This document shows positions 25,475-35,235 of a stretch of DNA of 64,000 nucleotides, piece by piece. The stretch is from Actinomycetota bacterium (GTDB lineage Bacteria; Actinomycetota; Acidimicrobiia; Acidimicrobiales; UBA10347). The position numbers and the translations under genes are program-made. The notes under the pieces were generated by a model. That model saw nothing but the letters and a program-made list of their open reading frames with translations. It ran no database searches and was not told the origin of the DNA. The stretch spans positions 6,053 through 70,052 of the forward strand of contig JBCCIC010000019.1 of NCBI GenBank assembly GCA_039028435.1. The letters are read 5' to 3'. The number at the start of each line of letters is the position of its first letter. Within the stretch, counting starts at the first letter, position 1.

Positions 25475-26362
25475 ATGACGCGCTGGCTGGCGTGCGTAGC
25501 AGCGGCCCTGCTGCTCGCAGCCGCCTGCGCGTCAGAGGGCGACAGCTCCGCCTCGGAATCGACCAGCGCCCAGTCATCTGACCTGAAAGCGCTTCACGAG
25601 CTCGAACAGGACGCAATCGAACGGTGCATGCTCGACGCAGGTTTCGAGTTCGAACGATGGCCCTTCGTACCATTCGATGATCAGGCGGCAGCCCCAGAGG
25701 ACTTCCTGACGCTAAACACAGCAGACACGTTGGGTTACCGACTGTTGTTCTCCGCAATCCGCAACTACACGCCATCAGCGATCCCCCCGGAGTCCGCTCT
25801 GGCAAGCCAACAGACGTTCGACGAGTTCAGCGTCGCGCTATGGGGCCCGAACGACCATACACACGAACACGATCACGATCACGACGACACCCACACCCAC
25901 GGCGGCTGCGCTGCATCGGGTGCGCAAGTTCGTCGTGATGCCGATTCGATTGCCGGGTACGGCGATCGAATCGGCGAGGTGTTCGACTCAGTGCTTAGCG
26001 ACACCAGCTACGTCGAGTACTCATCGATGTGGGTCGAATGCCTGAAGGAGGCTGGTTTCGAGCCCCGAGCAGCGACACCCGATCGGCAAATCGTGTCGTA
26101 CCACATCGCCGAAGGACGATCGGTGCAAGCCGTTGTGACCGAGCTCTATGAGAACGAGGATGACGACGGTCCGATCCATGTCGCCGCAAGCCAGCGACTG
26201 CTGGATGAGGCCTGGCTCCTCTCCGTGACGAGCAACTACACGTCGCTTGCTGACCTACTTGACGCCGAGATTCTCGAAGCCCAGGCAGACCAGCGGTGCC
26301 GCGAAGAACACCGGGAGATCATCGCTCCTGTGGTCGAGCAGGCCTACGAGCTTCACTTCTAA
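25475..26362 (+). CDS. lipoprotein with His/Asp-rich metal-binding-like tract
   Basis: MTRWLACVAAALLLAAAC lipobox. HTHEHDHDHDDTHTHGG tract. Confidence 0.6.
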   Translation: MTRWLACVAAALLLAAACASEGDSSASESTSAQSSDLKALHELEQDAIERCMLDAGFEFERWPFVPFDDQAAAPEDFLTLNTADTLGYRLLFSAIRNYTPSAIPPESALASQQTFDEFSVALWGPNDHTHEHDHDHDDTHTHGGCAASGAQVRRDADSIAGYGDRIGEVFDSVLSDTSYVEYSSMWVECLKEAGFEPRAATPDRQIVSYHIAEGRSVQAVVTELYENEDDDGPIHVAASQRLLDEAWLLSVTSNYTSLADLLDAEILEAQADQRCREEHREIIAPVVEQAYELHF

Positions 26363-26530
26363 CCAGATCGTCGACGACGCAACTATGCGGCATTCCGCCG
26401 CGTCCCTGTGAGGGTCATCGCATCAGCTGACGTTCCCAGGCATGGTGCGCCTCGACCTCGCCTGGCCGGTATCGAGCCTCCTCGCCCGCCCCACACGCGA
26501 TGGCACGACACCCCGCGCAGCCCTCGTCTG

Positions 26531-26794
26531 ATGGCTCGGATCGAAGCACGCCGAACCGACACCCGCTGCCCGACCGGAAAGGTCCCGTACCGGTCAAAGG
26601 CGAAAGCCCGCCAGGCGATGATCCAGTGGAACTCGAAGCGAGGCCACGCGCCTCGAGGCGCGTTCCGGCCGCCGGATCAGCATCGGCTGTTGAACGTGTA
26701 CGAGTGCGGTCTGTGCGGTGATTGGCACACCACGAAGCAGGCGCCGGATGCGAGGTGCGGGAAGACCGGCCGGTGCGAATGCTGCGCTAGCTGA
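26531..26794 (+). CDS. small zinc-ribbon protein
   Basis: CPTGKVPYRSKAKARQAM ... YECGLCGDWHTT. Confidence 0.5.
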   Translation: MARIEARRTDTRCPTGKVPYRSKAKARQAMIQWNSKRGHAPRGAFRPPDQHRLLNVYECGLCGDWHTTKQAPDARCGKTGRCECCAS

Positions 26795-26795
26795 C

Positions 26796-28154
26796 TTAGG
26801 GCAGCATGGTCCAATAGCGGCCCACCAAATCAGCGACTGCTGATGCGTACCTCAGCACGACGTTGACCACGGTCCGGACGAAGTCTGTGTCTCGGATCGC
26901 GCGGTCATACAGGTGTCGACCAGCTGCCTGACCGATCCCCTGGGGCAGGCCCTTCGCCCACCGGACCAAGGCGCGTTCCGCGATACCAGACTCCGCGGGG
27001 CGCATTTGGCGTATGAACTCAAGGGCGACATCAACCTTCTTCTCGAGGGACTCCAAGCGCTCGGCAGTGCGTTGTCCAGAGAGGTTCGGCTCGCCGATCA
27101 ACTCCAATGCGTGAATCATTCCCATCACCCGCTCGGCCAGATCCAGTACAAATCCGGGCGGTTGGGCCCCGAGACCAGTAAGAACATCGCAGATGGTTTG
27201 TTGATCAAGGTCGCCGAGATCGATCATCAGTTCGCTGATGAGGCGCACTTGGCGTTCGATTGTGAATCGGTCCCCTACGTCGAGCCGGGTCTGAACGTTG
27301 ATCGTGTCGACGGCTGTGCGGAGCTGCACCTCAATGTCGCGCGGTATCGAGACCGTCTCGTCGGCGAGCATGCGCTCGAGGTCAGCATTTGGCCCTTCAA
27401 GCCGAGCGCGCGTCTGCGCTAGTGCCTCGCCAGACAGGGCTTCGACAGCGATTCTGCCCTCCTCGCTCCGGCCCGGGTCCGACCCAGATGGGATCTCGCG
27501 TTCGGTTTCGAGCGCTAGCGCAACGATCGCCGCCGCGTGCCAGAGGCTCACACGCACCCCAGCCCACACAAGACCGGCATGCACCCCAGCATCCGTAAAT
27601 GCCGCTATTTCCGCACCAGGACGGAGTGGGCCAAGTGGTCGATCGGCCGCGACGTAGTCACTGCTGAACGCGGCGGCGACGTCGTCGAACATGCCGCGTA
27701 GCCTCGCGATGAGGCCGAGCAGTTGGGCACCCCAGCCGCTCTGCCCCAACCGGCGGAAGAGCCGGTCTGAGCGAGCGAGGTGCGTGTCGTAGTCGCCGAG
27801 GCCGAGTGCGTAACCTACCGAGGCTCGAAGGGTGTGTTCAGGAAGGGTAAGTTCCGTTGTCCAACCGAGAGCCCGGTCCATCAAGCGGTCTATTGCGGCC
27901 TGAAACTGGTCGTTCAACGGTGGGTCGATCAGTGTCGAGCCTTCAAAGAACTTGATGATTTCCTGCAGCCGGTCGAGATCGCTGAGGCTTGCGCTCTGCA
28001 GCGCCCGCGCTGCGTTATTCACGTCGAACTGAGTGAGTTGACCGGCTCGCTCAAAGATCGTGAGCTCCAATTCCGGATCCACAGTCCCCAAGGTAGCCAA
28101 CAGATGACCTCGCGTCCGGGTGCTTCGAGGGCTGTACTTCAAGATCCGGGGCAT
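26796..28154 (-). CDS. orphan alpha-helical protein (about 430-452 aa), opposite strand to the late operon
   Basis: Long ORF with gene-like composition and no recognisable motif. Its stop is 1 nt from the convergent zinc-ribbon gene stop. Start uncertain: ATG at 28154 or GTG at 28082. Confidence 0.55.
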   Translation of the reverse strand: MPRILKYSPRSTRTRGHLLATLGTVDPELELTIFERAGQLTQFDVNNAARALQSASLSDLDRLQEIIKFFEGSTLIDPPLNDQFQAAIDRLMDRALGWTTELTLPEHTLRASVGYALGLGDYDTHLARSDRLFRRLGQSGWGAQLLGLIARLRGMFDDVAAAFSSDYVAADRPLGPLRPGAEIAAFTDAGVHAGLVWAGVRVSLWHAAAIVALALETEREIPSGSDPGRSEEGRIAVEALSGEALAQTRARLEGPNADLERMLADETVSIPRDIEVQLRTAVDTINVQTRLDVGDRFTIERQVRLISELMIDLGDLDQQTICDVLTGLGAQPPGFVLDLAERVMGMIHALELIGEPNLSGQRTAERLESLEKKVDVALEFIRQMRPAESGIAERALVRWAKGLPQGIGQAAGRHLYDRAIRDTDFVRTVVNVVLRYASAVADLVGRYWTMLP

Positions 28155-28494
28155 GGCGAACCCCGACATGCCAATGACCGCCCGCCGCGACGAGTTCCGC
28201 GACGCCCTCGAAGCGCTCTTCGCCGAGTACGCCGACATCATCTCGCCACTCGGCTCAGTCCGGTTCGACCAAGAAACCCACGAGATCGACCCGCTGGAAC
28301 AGGCCGAGCTCGAGGAAGAGATCCAGGCCCACCAGTACTTCGTGTCGAACTGGGTCCTTGCCATCGGACACGAACCTTTGGTCGACGACGAACGAGAACA
28401 CCCGTACATGCAGCAGATCCAGAAGCGCCAGCAATCGCCATGGGCGTCGAGCGGTCTGCTCGCCCACGCGCTCGGTGCCTACCAGCGGCGGTGA
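28153..28494 (+). CDS. hypothetical phage protein
   Basis: ATG at 28153, with alternatives at 28168 and 28174. Acidic, 113 aa. Confidence 0.5.
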   Translation: MANPDMPMTARRDEFRDALEALFAEYADIISPLGSVRFDQETHEIDPLEQAELEEEIQAHQYFVSNWVLAIGHEPLVDDEREHPYMQQIQKRQQSPWASSGLLAHALGAYQRR

Positions 28495-28498
28495 CGGT

Positions 28499-28771
28499 AT
28501 GGCCGACGAGCGCACCATGTCTGACCTGCTTGGCGCCGGGATCCAAGACGCGATCGCCGACACGCTCACCGACCAAGACGCCATTCCACTCGACTTCGTA
28601 GGCCTCGTCCGGTACATGCGGACCGGGCCCGACGGCGAGACGTTCCGGGCGTGGGCGATGGTCTCATCCGACGGGATCGACCCGTTCACCTACATGGGGA
28701 TGGTCCAGGCGATGCACACCCAGGCCGAGCTGACGGCCTGCCAGATCGTCGACCCCGACGACGACGGATGA
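28499..28771 (+). CDS. hypothetical phage protein
   Basis: ATG at 28499. Its stop overlaps the terL start. Confidence 0.5.
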   Translation: MADERTMSDLLGAGIQDAIADTLTDQDAIPLDFVGLVRYMRTGPDGETFRAWAMVSSDGIDPFTYMGMVQAMHTQAELTACQIVDPDDDG

Positions 28772-30414
28772 CCGGTTCGGCGGTGTACGCCGACCGCGCA
28801 ACCCCCGACATCCTCGCCGCCAAACTCGACCCCCGATTCAAACGGCACCCACACATCAAACTCATCGCCGTCGCGATCCTCGAAGCGATCTTCGACCCGA
28901 ACATCGACTGCGTCATCATCCGCACCCCGCCACGCGTCGGGAAGTCCACGATCGTGAACTGGGTGATCGTCTGGCTCCTCGACTGGTTCCCCGAGCTCCC
29001 GATCATCACCACCTCGTACGCGATCAGGCTCTCGAGGCGGAACAGCCGACGGATCCGCAACATCTTCGCCCGGTACGCATCGAAGCTCCGCACCGCGATC
29101 GGCGAAGACCAGACCGCCGCCGAACAGTGGGAAACCGACCAAGGCGGAGGCGTCCTCGCGTCGGCCGTGCGCGCCGCGCTGTCCGGATTCGATGCCGGCG
29201 TCGTGTTCGTCGACGACCCACACAAGTCGTGGGCCGAAGCGCAATCACCGGTGATCCGCGACGGCACGTGGGACTGGTTCGAGTCCGAGGCCGAGACCCG
29301 CGCCATGGAGTACACGTTCCTCGTCGGCGGCAAACCGGTCACGATCTACCCGACCTACGTGCTTGTTCACACGGCGTTCCACCCCGATGACCTGTCGCAC
29401 CGTGCCGAGAAGAAGTACTCCGCGATGGTCGACCCGGACACTGGGAAGGTCGAGAACCGGTGCAAGGTCGTCCACATCCCCGCCATCGCGGACCCGAACA
29501 TCGTCGACCCCGACCCGCTCGGCCGAGATCCGGGCGAGTCGATCTGCGAGGAGATGCATCCGGCCAAGCGGTACCGGAGGATCTTCGCTGCGACATCGAA
29601 GTTCATCGTCGCTGCGCTCTATCAGGGTGCGCCGTTGTCGACCGAGGACGAACTCGTCGAGCGCGCCTGGTGGTCGTGGGCCGACAAGCCACCGAAGCTC
29701 GAACGGCGGATCGCGACCTTCACGTCGTGGGATCTGACGTTCAAGCGCACCGGGAAGTCATGGGTCGTCGGCCAGCTCTGGACGATCACCCGATCGCTCA
29801 CCGAGCCCGACAAACTCGAGTTCTGGCTCCTCGACCAGATCCGACGCAAAGCCGGGTTCGTGGAACAGCGGCTCATCATCCGAGCGTTCGCAGAGAAACA
29901 CCCGGATGCGGATTGGCACCTGATCGAGGACGCAGCCAACGGTCCGGCGATCATCGACGACCTGCGACTGCCGTGGATCGACACGCAGGCGCATGGCGAT
30001 GACGGGACCCGCCGGCCGGCTGTCCGATCGGATCTGTACGGCGAGAAGCGATGGCCAGCCGTGGCCGGTGTGGTCGCAGTGCCTGCGGTCGGAACGAAAC
30101 CGGATCGGCTGGTCGGTGTGTCGCCGACGATCCGTGACGGCCGGTGCCATCTGCCTGCATGGTGGGAGCCGACATCGGAGCCGAGGTATCCCGGCGATCG
30201 GGGCGACATCGAGTCGATCGAGGAAGCGTGGGCGGGATTGATCAACGAGTGCGCCGACATGCCGAACGCGGCGAACGATGACCAGGCGGACTGTTTGTCG
30301 CAGGCGATCCGCTGGGGCATCGAACATGTGAACGGTGGATCGACGGGCGAGTCGTCGCAGTCGGTCGCGTTGCAGCATCCGCCGAAGGTGCGACGCCGAC
30401 GCCGGAAACGCTGA
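28768..30414 (+). CDS. terminase large subunit
   Basis: Walker A RTPPRVGKST and Walker B GVVFVDDPHK. C-terminal nuclease-size domain. Confidence 0.85.
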   Translation: MTGSAVYADRATPDILAAKLDPRFKRHPHIKLIAVAILEAIFDPNIDCVIIRTPPRVGKSTIVNWVIVWLLDWFPELPIITTSYAIRLSRRNSRRIRNIFARYASKLRTAIGEDQTAAEQWETDQGGGVLASAVRAALSGFDAGVVFVDDPHKSWAEAQSPVIRDGTWDWFESEAETRAMEYTFLVGGKPVTIYPTYVLVHTAFHPDDLSHRAEKKYSAMVDPDTGKVENRCKVVHIPAIADPNIVDPDPLGRDPGESICEEMHPAKRYRRIFAATSKFIVAALYQGAPLSTEDELVERAWWSWADKPPKLERRIATFTSWDLTFKRTGKSWVVGQLWTITRSLTEPDKLEFWLLDQIRRKAGFVEQRLIIRAFAEKHPDADWHLIEDAANGPAIIDDLRLPWIDTQAHGDDGTRRPAVRSDLYGEKRWPAVAGVVAVPAVGTKPDRLVGVSPTIRDGRCHLPAWWEPTSEPRYPGDRGDIESIEEAWAGLINECADMPNAANDDQADCLSQAIRWGIEHVNGGSTGESSQSVALQHPPKVRRRRRKR

Positions 30415-30459
30415 CCGCGTCCCCGACCATCACGCCGTGTCGGTGCATCGTCAGCGTCG

Positions 30460-32157
30460 ATGGAAGCCGAGCATCACCTCGACCAGTGGGCACCGCTCAA
30501 CCAATGGCTGACCGAGCCACGCAGCCTCGGCGACGGCCAATGGATCCCACGCGCCGACCAGCGGCGCCTCGCCGCCTACCACCTCCTGCGCGCCGTCGAG
30601 ACCAACAACCTCAAGGACATGCTCGAACCCGACGAGGACGGCAACCCGCCCGCGCTCGCCGAGTGGGGCGAAGCATCGATGTTCGTGTCCCGCGTCATCG
30701 CCGGGCTCCTGTCACGATCACTGACGTTCATCGTCGACGGCGCCGAACAGCCGCCACCGCCGATCGCGCCGATCCCGGACCCGATCCCCGAACCCGACCG
30801 GACAGACCAGGCCGCAGTCGACGCGTACGAAGCCGCCGTCGAGCTACGCACCGAAGCCGCGAACGAAGCGATCGAGAAGTGGCGGGAACGCCATGCCGCC
30901 TACAAGACCGCCGTCGCGTGGCAGACCTGGTGGGACGACTGGGCCGTCAAGGAGCAGTACCTCGCCAAGCTCGGCGAGAACGAACGGTCCTACGTTGGGC
31001 CGCTCGGCGACGGCGTCCTCGTGCACGGATGGGACCCGGAGCTTGGCCGGCCGTACGTGAACATCATCGACCCGGGCGAGTACTTCCCGGTGCTCGACGC
31101 TCACAAGCCGCGGTGGCCGGCCCGTGTGTACCGGGCGTGGGAGCACAACCACGAGAAGCCCGACGGCACCATCGAGGAGCGCCTCTACCGGGTCCGGTGG
31201 GACACCATCGATCTCGACGGGCCCCAACGGTTGCCGTGGAACACAGAGTCGACGACGAAGACCGTCCGACTCACCGAACACTGGTGGGATCGCGGCGACG
31301 CCGGCGACTGGCACGGCCTCGACGAGAACGAAGCCACAGAAGTGCGGGCCGTCGACGACATGGGCATCGACTTCGTGCCCGTCGTCCACATCCCCAACAC
31401 ACCAGAGACCGTCAACCACTACGGCCAATCGTTGCTGGCGCTCTACGTCGGTCTGTTCGCAGCGATCGCCCGCCAGAACGCCAACATCGTCGACGCCGCC
31501 GAGCTCGCGGCGACGCCGGCGTTCACCTCGAACGGGGTGGATGTTCCGAACGTGAACCTCGGACCCGGCGCGGTCCTCAATGTCCAGGACGGCGAACTCG
31601 ATCCGCTCGAACTCGGCCCGGCGCTCGAACCGTTGCTGAAGGTCGGCGATTGGCTGATGGACCGGTTCGCGACGAACACACAGGTCGGGAAAGCGATCCT
31701 CGGTATCACCACGGGCGAGAGCGGATCGTCCGGCATCAAGCTCCGTCTGCAGTTCGGGCCGTTCGAACAGCTCATCGAATGGATGCGCCCATCGCGGGCC
31801 GAGAAGTACGCGCTCTCTGCGAAGATGATCATGCGCCTCGCCCAATACGGCGGCGAAGACGTGCCTGAGGGGCCGCCGCCGAAGATGCGGGTCGAGTTCG
31901 GGTCGATCACGCCGGCCGACCTGCAGTCGGTGATCGAGGACATCAACAAGCTCGGCGACGTCATCTCGCCGGCGACGAAGCTTGCTGTGCTCAAGGCCGC
32001 GGGTTGGCCGATCGGCGACATCGAAGAGGAGCTGCGCCGCGCCGAGATGGCGAACTTTGAGAACGCCGCGCTGATCGTCGAGGCGACCGGGAACACCGAA
32101 GCGGCAGCGCGGTACCTCGGCATTCAGGGCGACGCCGCGTCCGATCAGGGCAGCTGA
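30460..32157 (+). CDS. portal protein
   Basis: 565 aa, between terL and the scaffold gene. N-terminal RLAAYHLLRAVETNN segment typical of actinophage portals. Confidence 0.75.
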   Translation: MEAEHHLDQWAPLNQWLTEPRSLGDGQWIPRADQRRLAAYHLLRAVETNNLKDMLEPDEDGNPPALAEWGEASMFVSRVIAGLLSRSLTFIVDGAEQPPPPIAPIPDPIPEPDRTDQAAVDAYEAAVELRTEAANEAIEKWRERHAAYKTAVAWQTWWDDWAVKEQYLAKLGENERSYVGPLGDGVLVHGWDPELGRPYVNIIDPGEYFPVLDAHKPRWPARVYRAWEHNHEKPDGTIEERLYRVRWDTIDLDGPQRLPWNTESTTKTVRLTEHWWDRGDAGDWHGLDENEATEVRAVDDMGIDFVPVVHIPNTPETVNHYGQSLLALYVGLFAAIARQNANIVDAAELAATPAFTSNGVDVPNVNLGPGAVLNVQDGELDPLELGPALEPLLKVGDWLMDRFATNTQVGKAILGITTGESGSSGIKLRLQFGPFEQLIEWMRPSRAEKYALSAKMIMRLAQYGGEDVPEGPPPKMRVEFGSITPADLQSVIEDINKLGDVISPATKLAVLKAAGWPIGDIEEELRRAEMANFENAALIVEATGNTEAAARYLGIQGDAASDQGS

Positions 32158-32195
32158 GCCGGTGCGACCGTGAACGGCATCAACCCCGACCCCCG

Positions 32196-32903
32196 ATGAA
32201 GGGACCTCAAGTCATGCGCCGGTTCGCTCGAATGCTCGGTTTCCACACCCGATTGCTCGCCTTGTTCGCGATGCTCACGCTCACCGGCGACGGCGGCGAC
32301 AGCGGCGGCGGGGACAGCAACAGCGGCAGCAGCAAGAACGATGACGGTGGCGGCGACGAAGCACACGCGCAGGCAATCGCACAGGCCGAGGCCGCCGCAG
32401 CAGCCAAGGCCAAGGCCGACGTCGAAGCGAGCGTCGCCGAGACCCTCGGCATGAGCCCCGCAGAAGCGAAGAAGATCCTCGACGCCAAGAACGCCGCCGA
32501 CCGCGAGGCAATGACCGAAGCCGAGCGGATCAAGGCCGAAGCCGAAGACAAGGCAGCGGCCGCCGACAAGGCGAAGAGCGAAGCCGAGACCGCGATCCAC
32601 AACGCCAACGTCACCGCCGCCCTCTCCGAAGCCGGCGTCACCGACAATCCCGGAGCGCTCGTCCCGCTCGTCGTCGTCGACACCGGCGCCGACGCTGCCG
32701 CCATCAAGGCCGCCGTCGACACGCTCCTCAAGGAACGACCCGGCCTCGTCGACAAGCCCGGCCCAGCCGACCACAGCATCGGCGGCCGAGGATCCGCCGG
32801 CCAGAACGGCGGCGACACCAGCACCGCCAAGGAACGCGCCAAGAAACGCGCCGACGACTACCGGTCCCGGAACCAGCGCCCCCGCCTCGAAGCCGTCAAC
32901 TAG
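32196..32903 (+). CDS. scaffolding protein
   Basis: Ala/Glu/Lys-rich coiled coil, located between the portal and capsid genes. Confidence 0.7.
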   Translation: MKGPQVMRRFARMLGFHTRLLALFAMLTLTGDGGDSGGGDSNSGSSKNDDGGGDEAHAQAIAQAEAAAAAKAKADVEASVAETLGMSPAEAKKILDAKNAADREAMTEAERIKAEAEDKAAAADKAKSEAETAIHNANVTAALSEAGVTDNPGALVPLVVVDTGADAAAIKAAVDTLLKERPGLVDKPGPADHSIGGRGSAGQNGGDTSTAKERAKKRADDYRSRNQRPRLEAVN

Positions 32904-32939
32904 CTCGACCCCGTCCCAGCAACCAAGGAGAAGAACCCA

Positions 32940-33314
32940 GTGACCGAACTGGCTCAGACCCAAACCACCGACATCAGCGGGGACGACATCAACCCGTTCC
33001 TGTCGAAGACCCGTGAGGGTTTCAGCGTCACGATCGATGCTGCGAACCTGACCGCCGCCGACGTCGGCGGATCGTTTCCCGGCGTGCTCCGCAAGGGGTT
33101 CCCGCTCGGTGTCGCCGCCGATGGCGTCACCTACGAGAAGAAGGACGACGCCGACCTCGAAGGGCTCCTGTCGGAGTCGCTCCGAGTGAAGTCGGCGACG
33201 TCCGTCGTCCACGCGGCCCTGTGCCTCGAGGCAGTCGTCGACGAGTCGCTTCTGCCCGTCGCGATCACCCAGCCCGGCAAGGACGCCGTGGCCGGCCGGA
33301 TCACCTTCCGCTAG
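32940..33314 (+). CDS. head decoration-like protein
   Basis: 124 aa, directly upstream of the major capsid gene. GTG start after AAGGAGAAG. Confidence 0.45.
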   Translation: MTELAQTQTTDISGDDINPFLSKTREGFSVTIDAANLTAADVGGSFPGVLRKGFPLGVAADGVTYEKKDDADLEGLLSESLRVKSATSVVHAALCLEAVVDESLLPVAITQPGKDAVAGRITFR

Positions 33315-33342
33315 CCCCGCACGACCAGAGAGGTAACTGATC

Positions 33343-34344
33343 ATGACCAACACCCCTTTCGATGACCTGCCGGCACCGGCCGAGACGTCGCTGTTCGCGC
33401 GTGAGCTGACGAACGCCGAAGAGGAATCCAACTTCCTCGCTCAGTGGTTCCCGCGGCTCCAGACCCGCGACAACCGGTACACCGTGCAGTCGCTCAACAC
33501 CCAGACCGCGCAGGTCGCCGCGGTGCGTGCATTCGACGCTCGCCCCAAGCAGCTGAGCCGTGCGTTCGGGAAGGCCGGCAAGGACGGCGAGATCCTGCCG
33601 ATCTCCGCCGAGATGGACATGGGCGAGCTCACGACCATCCTCGAGCGGGCCCACGCGTCCGACGACCTGGTGAGCCAGGCGTACGACGACGTGGCCACGA
33701 CCGCGACGTCGGTGTGGAATCGTGTCCGCCAGCTTCAGGCCGAAGCGATCCTCGAAGGCAAACTCACGTTCTCCGACGCCACCGACCCCGGCATCGTGTT
33801 GGAACTCGACTTCGGCGACACGCCCGGGCGACGCGGTGCCGCCGGAACCGCATGGTCCGACCCTGCCGCAGACGCGTTCACCGACTACGTCAACCACGCC
33901 GAAGCCGCCGCCGAGCTACGCAACGAAGAGTCCAGCTACGCGCTGTTCTCCCGCGCCGCGCTCTCCGCGTTCCGCAAGAACGACGAAGTCCGCACCAACG
34001 TCGGCACCACCCTCCCCCGGGCATCGGTCGCCGACGTCCAGGCGCTGCTGTCCGACGAAGGCCTCCCGCCGATCCGGCTCTACAACGAGACCGTCGCCGG
34101 CCAGCGCCTCTTCCCCGCCGCGACCGTGATGTTCATGCCGACCTCGCCGATGGGCAACCTCGTCGAAGGCACCACCGCCGAGGTCGCATCCGGACAGGTC
34201 CCACTGACCGGGAACGACCGCGCCGGCGTCATCTCGGTCGTCGAGGTCGAAACCCGCCCGACCCGGGTCATCACCTTCTCGAACGCTCTGTCGTTCCCGG
34301 TGTGCAACCCGGACGGCTTCTACCGGTTCGAGACCGGCATCTAG
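33343..34344 (+). CDS. major capsid protein (lambda E-like size and position)
   Basis: 333 aa after the scaffold and decoration genes, followed by a strong hairpin. Confidence 0.75.
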   Translation: MTNTPFDDLPAPAETSLFARELTNAEEESNFLAQWFPRLQTRDNRYTVQSLNTQTAQVAAVRAFDARPKQLSRAFGKAGKDGEILPISAEMDMGELTTILERAHASDDLVSQAYDDVATTATSVWNRVRQLQAEAILEGKLTFSDATDPGIVLELDFGDTPGRRGAAGTAWSDPAADAFTDYVNHAEAAAELRNEESSYALFSRAALSAFRKNDEVRTNVGTTLPRASVADVQALLSDEGLPPIRLYNETVAGQRLFPAATVMFMPTSPMGNLVEGTTAEVASGQVPLTGNDRAGVISVVEVETRPTRVITFSNALSFPVCNPDGFYRFETGI

Positions 34345-34376
34345 ACCCCGACTCGGGAGAGCCAGGGACAAGGAGC

Positions 34377-34409
34377 GGTGGGAAGGGCCAGTTGGTTCCC
34401 TCTCCCACC
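34377..34409 (+). terminator. stem-loop after the capsid gene
   Basis: GGTGGGAAGGG / CCCTCTCCCACC, an 11-12 bp stem with one bulge. No U tract. Confidence 0.45.
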
Positions 34410-34472
34410 GCCCCTTGACCCGGCAAACCCCACAGAACGGCACCACACCCACACTCGAGAGGAATCCCCGAA

Positions 34473-34901
34473 ATGGCCCGCCAACTGAAGAACCGAGTCT
34501 GCGTCAACGACACCTGGTACGAGGCGGGCACGACCCCGCCGGCCGCTGTCGCCGCGAAGATCACGAATCCCGCTGCATGGGGCGAGGAAGCCGAGGCGCC
34601 GATCGTCGCGCCAGGCGGTGACCTGCCGCCCGCGAACGCGAAGCTTGCCGAACTTCAGGCATTCGCGGAGGCGAACAGCATCGATCTCGACGGCGCAACG
34701 AAGAAGGACGACATCCGGACCGCCATCGACGCTTGGGCCGCCGGCGACGAGATCGAGATCCCCGGCCCGGAAGCGACGATCGACGAGCTCCGAGCTTTCG
34801 CCGAGACGCACGACATCGATCTCGGTGACGCCGATGATCAGCTCGCGATCCTGAGCATCATCGACGAGTGGGCTGACGACAACCTCGCACCCGAGGACTG
34901 A
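34473..34901 (+). CDS. protein with two HeH/Rho-N (SAP-like) motifs
   Basis: LAELQAFAEANSIDLDGATKKDDIRTAI and IDELRAFAETHDIDLGDADDQLAILSII. Confidence 0.6.
   Translation: MARQLKNRVCVNDTWYEAGTTPPAAVAAKITNPAAWGEEAEAPIVAPGGDLPPANAKLAELQAFAEANSIDLDGATKKDDIRTAIDAWAAGDEIEIPGPEATIDELRAFAETHDIDLGDADDQLAILSIIDEWADDNLAPED
34770..34832 (+). repeat. 63-nt intragenomic repeat, copy A
   Basis: 59/63 identical to 38235-38297. Encodes the HeH motif. Confidence 0.85.
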
Positions 34902-34907
34902 TCACCG

Positions 34908-35234
34908 ATGTCGCTCGGACCAGCTGAGATCGCGGTGATCCGCCGCCATGTCGGCGACCACCCCGAACTCTCCGAGCTCGAGGACATCAACGACCGGACA
35001 GGCGACCCGCTGAAGACCGCGCTCGAGATCCTCGAGATCCGCTACGCGAACATGGAAGCCGACGCCGCCAAGAACGCGCTGGCGGACGGCCCGTCCGAGG
35101 ACTGGACAGCGAACCTGAAGTCGCTCGCAGGACGCGTCGCTCAACTCCGAGCCGACATCGCCGCAGCCGACGCCGCGACCCAGACCGACACAAGCAACGT
35201 CGCCTACGTGACCGGCCACATCACCGTCCGCTGA
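34908..35234 (+). CDS. head-tail connector/adaptor-like protein
   Basis: Assigned by size and position only. Confidence 0.4.
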   Translation: MSLGPAEIAVIRRHVGDHPELSELEDINDRTGDPLKTALEILEIRYANMEADAAKNALADGPSEDWTANLKSLAGRVAQLRADIAAADAATQTDTSNVAYVTGHITVR

Positions 35235-35235
35235 T

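Noticed and set aside
30844-33431. Minus-strand ORFs of 333 aa and 428 aa, and a plus-strand 460-aa alternate-frame ORF at 30486
   Set aside because: They overlap the portal, scaffold and decoration genes. Their translations are low-complexity (Arg/Gly/Val-rich). The in-frame phage genes have the motifs and gene order expected.
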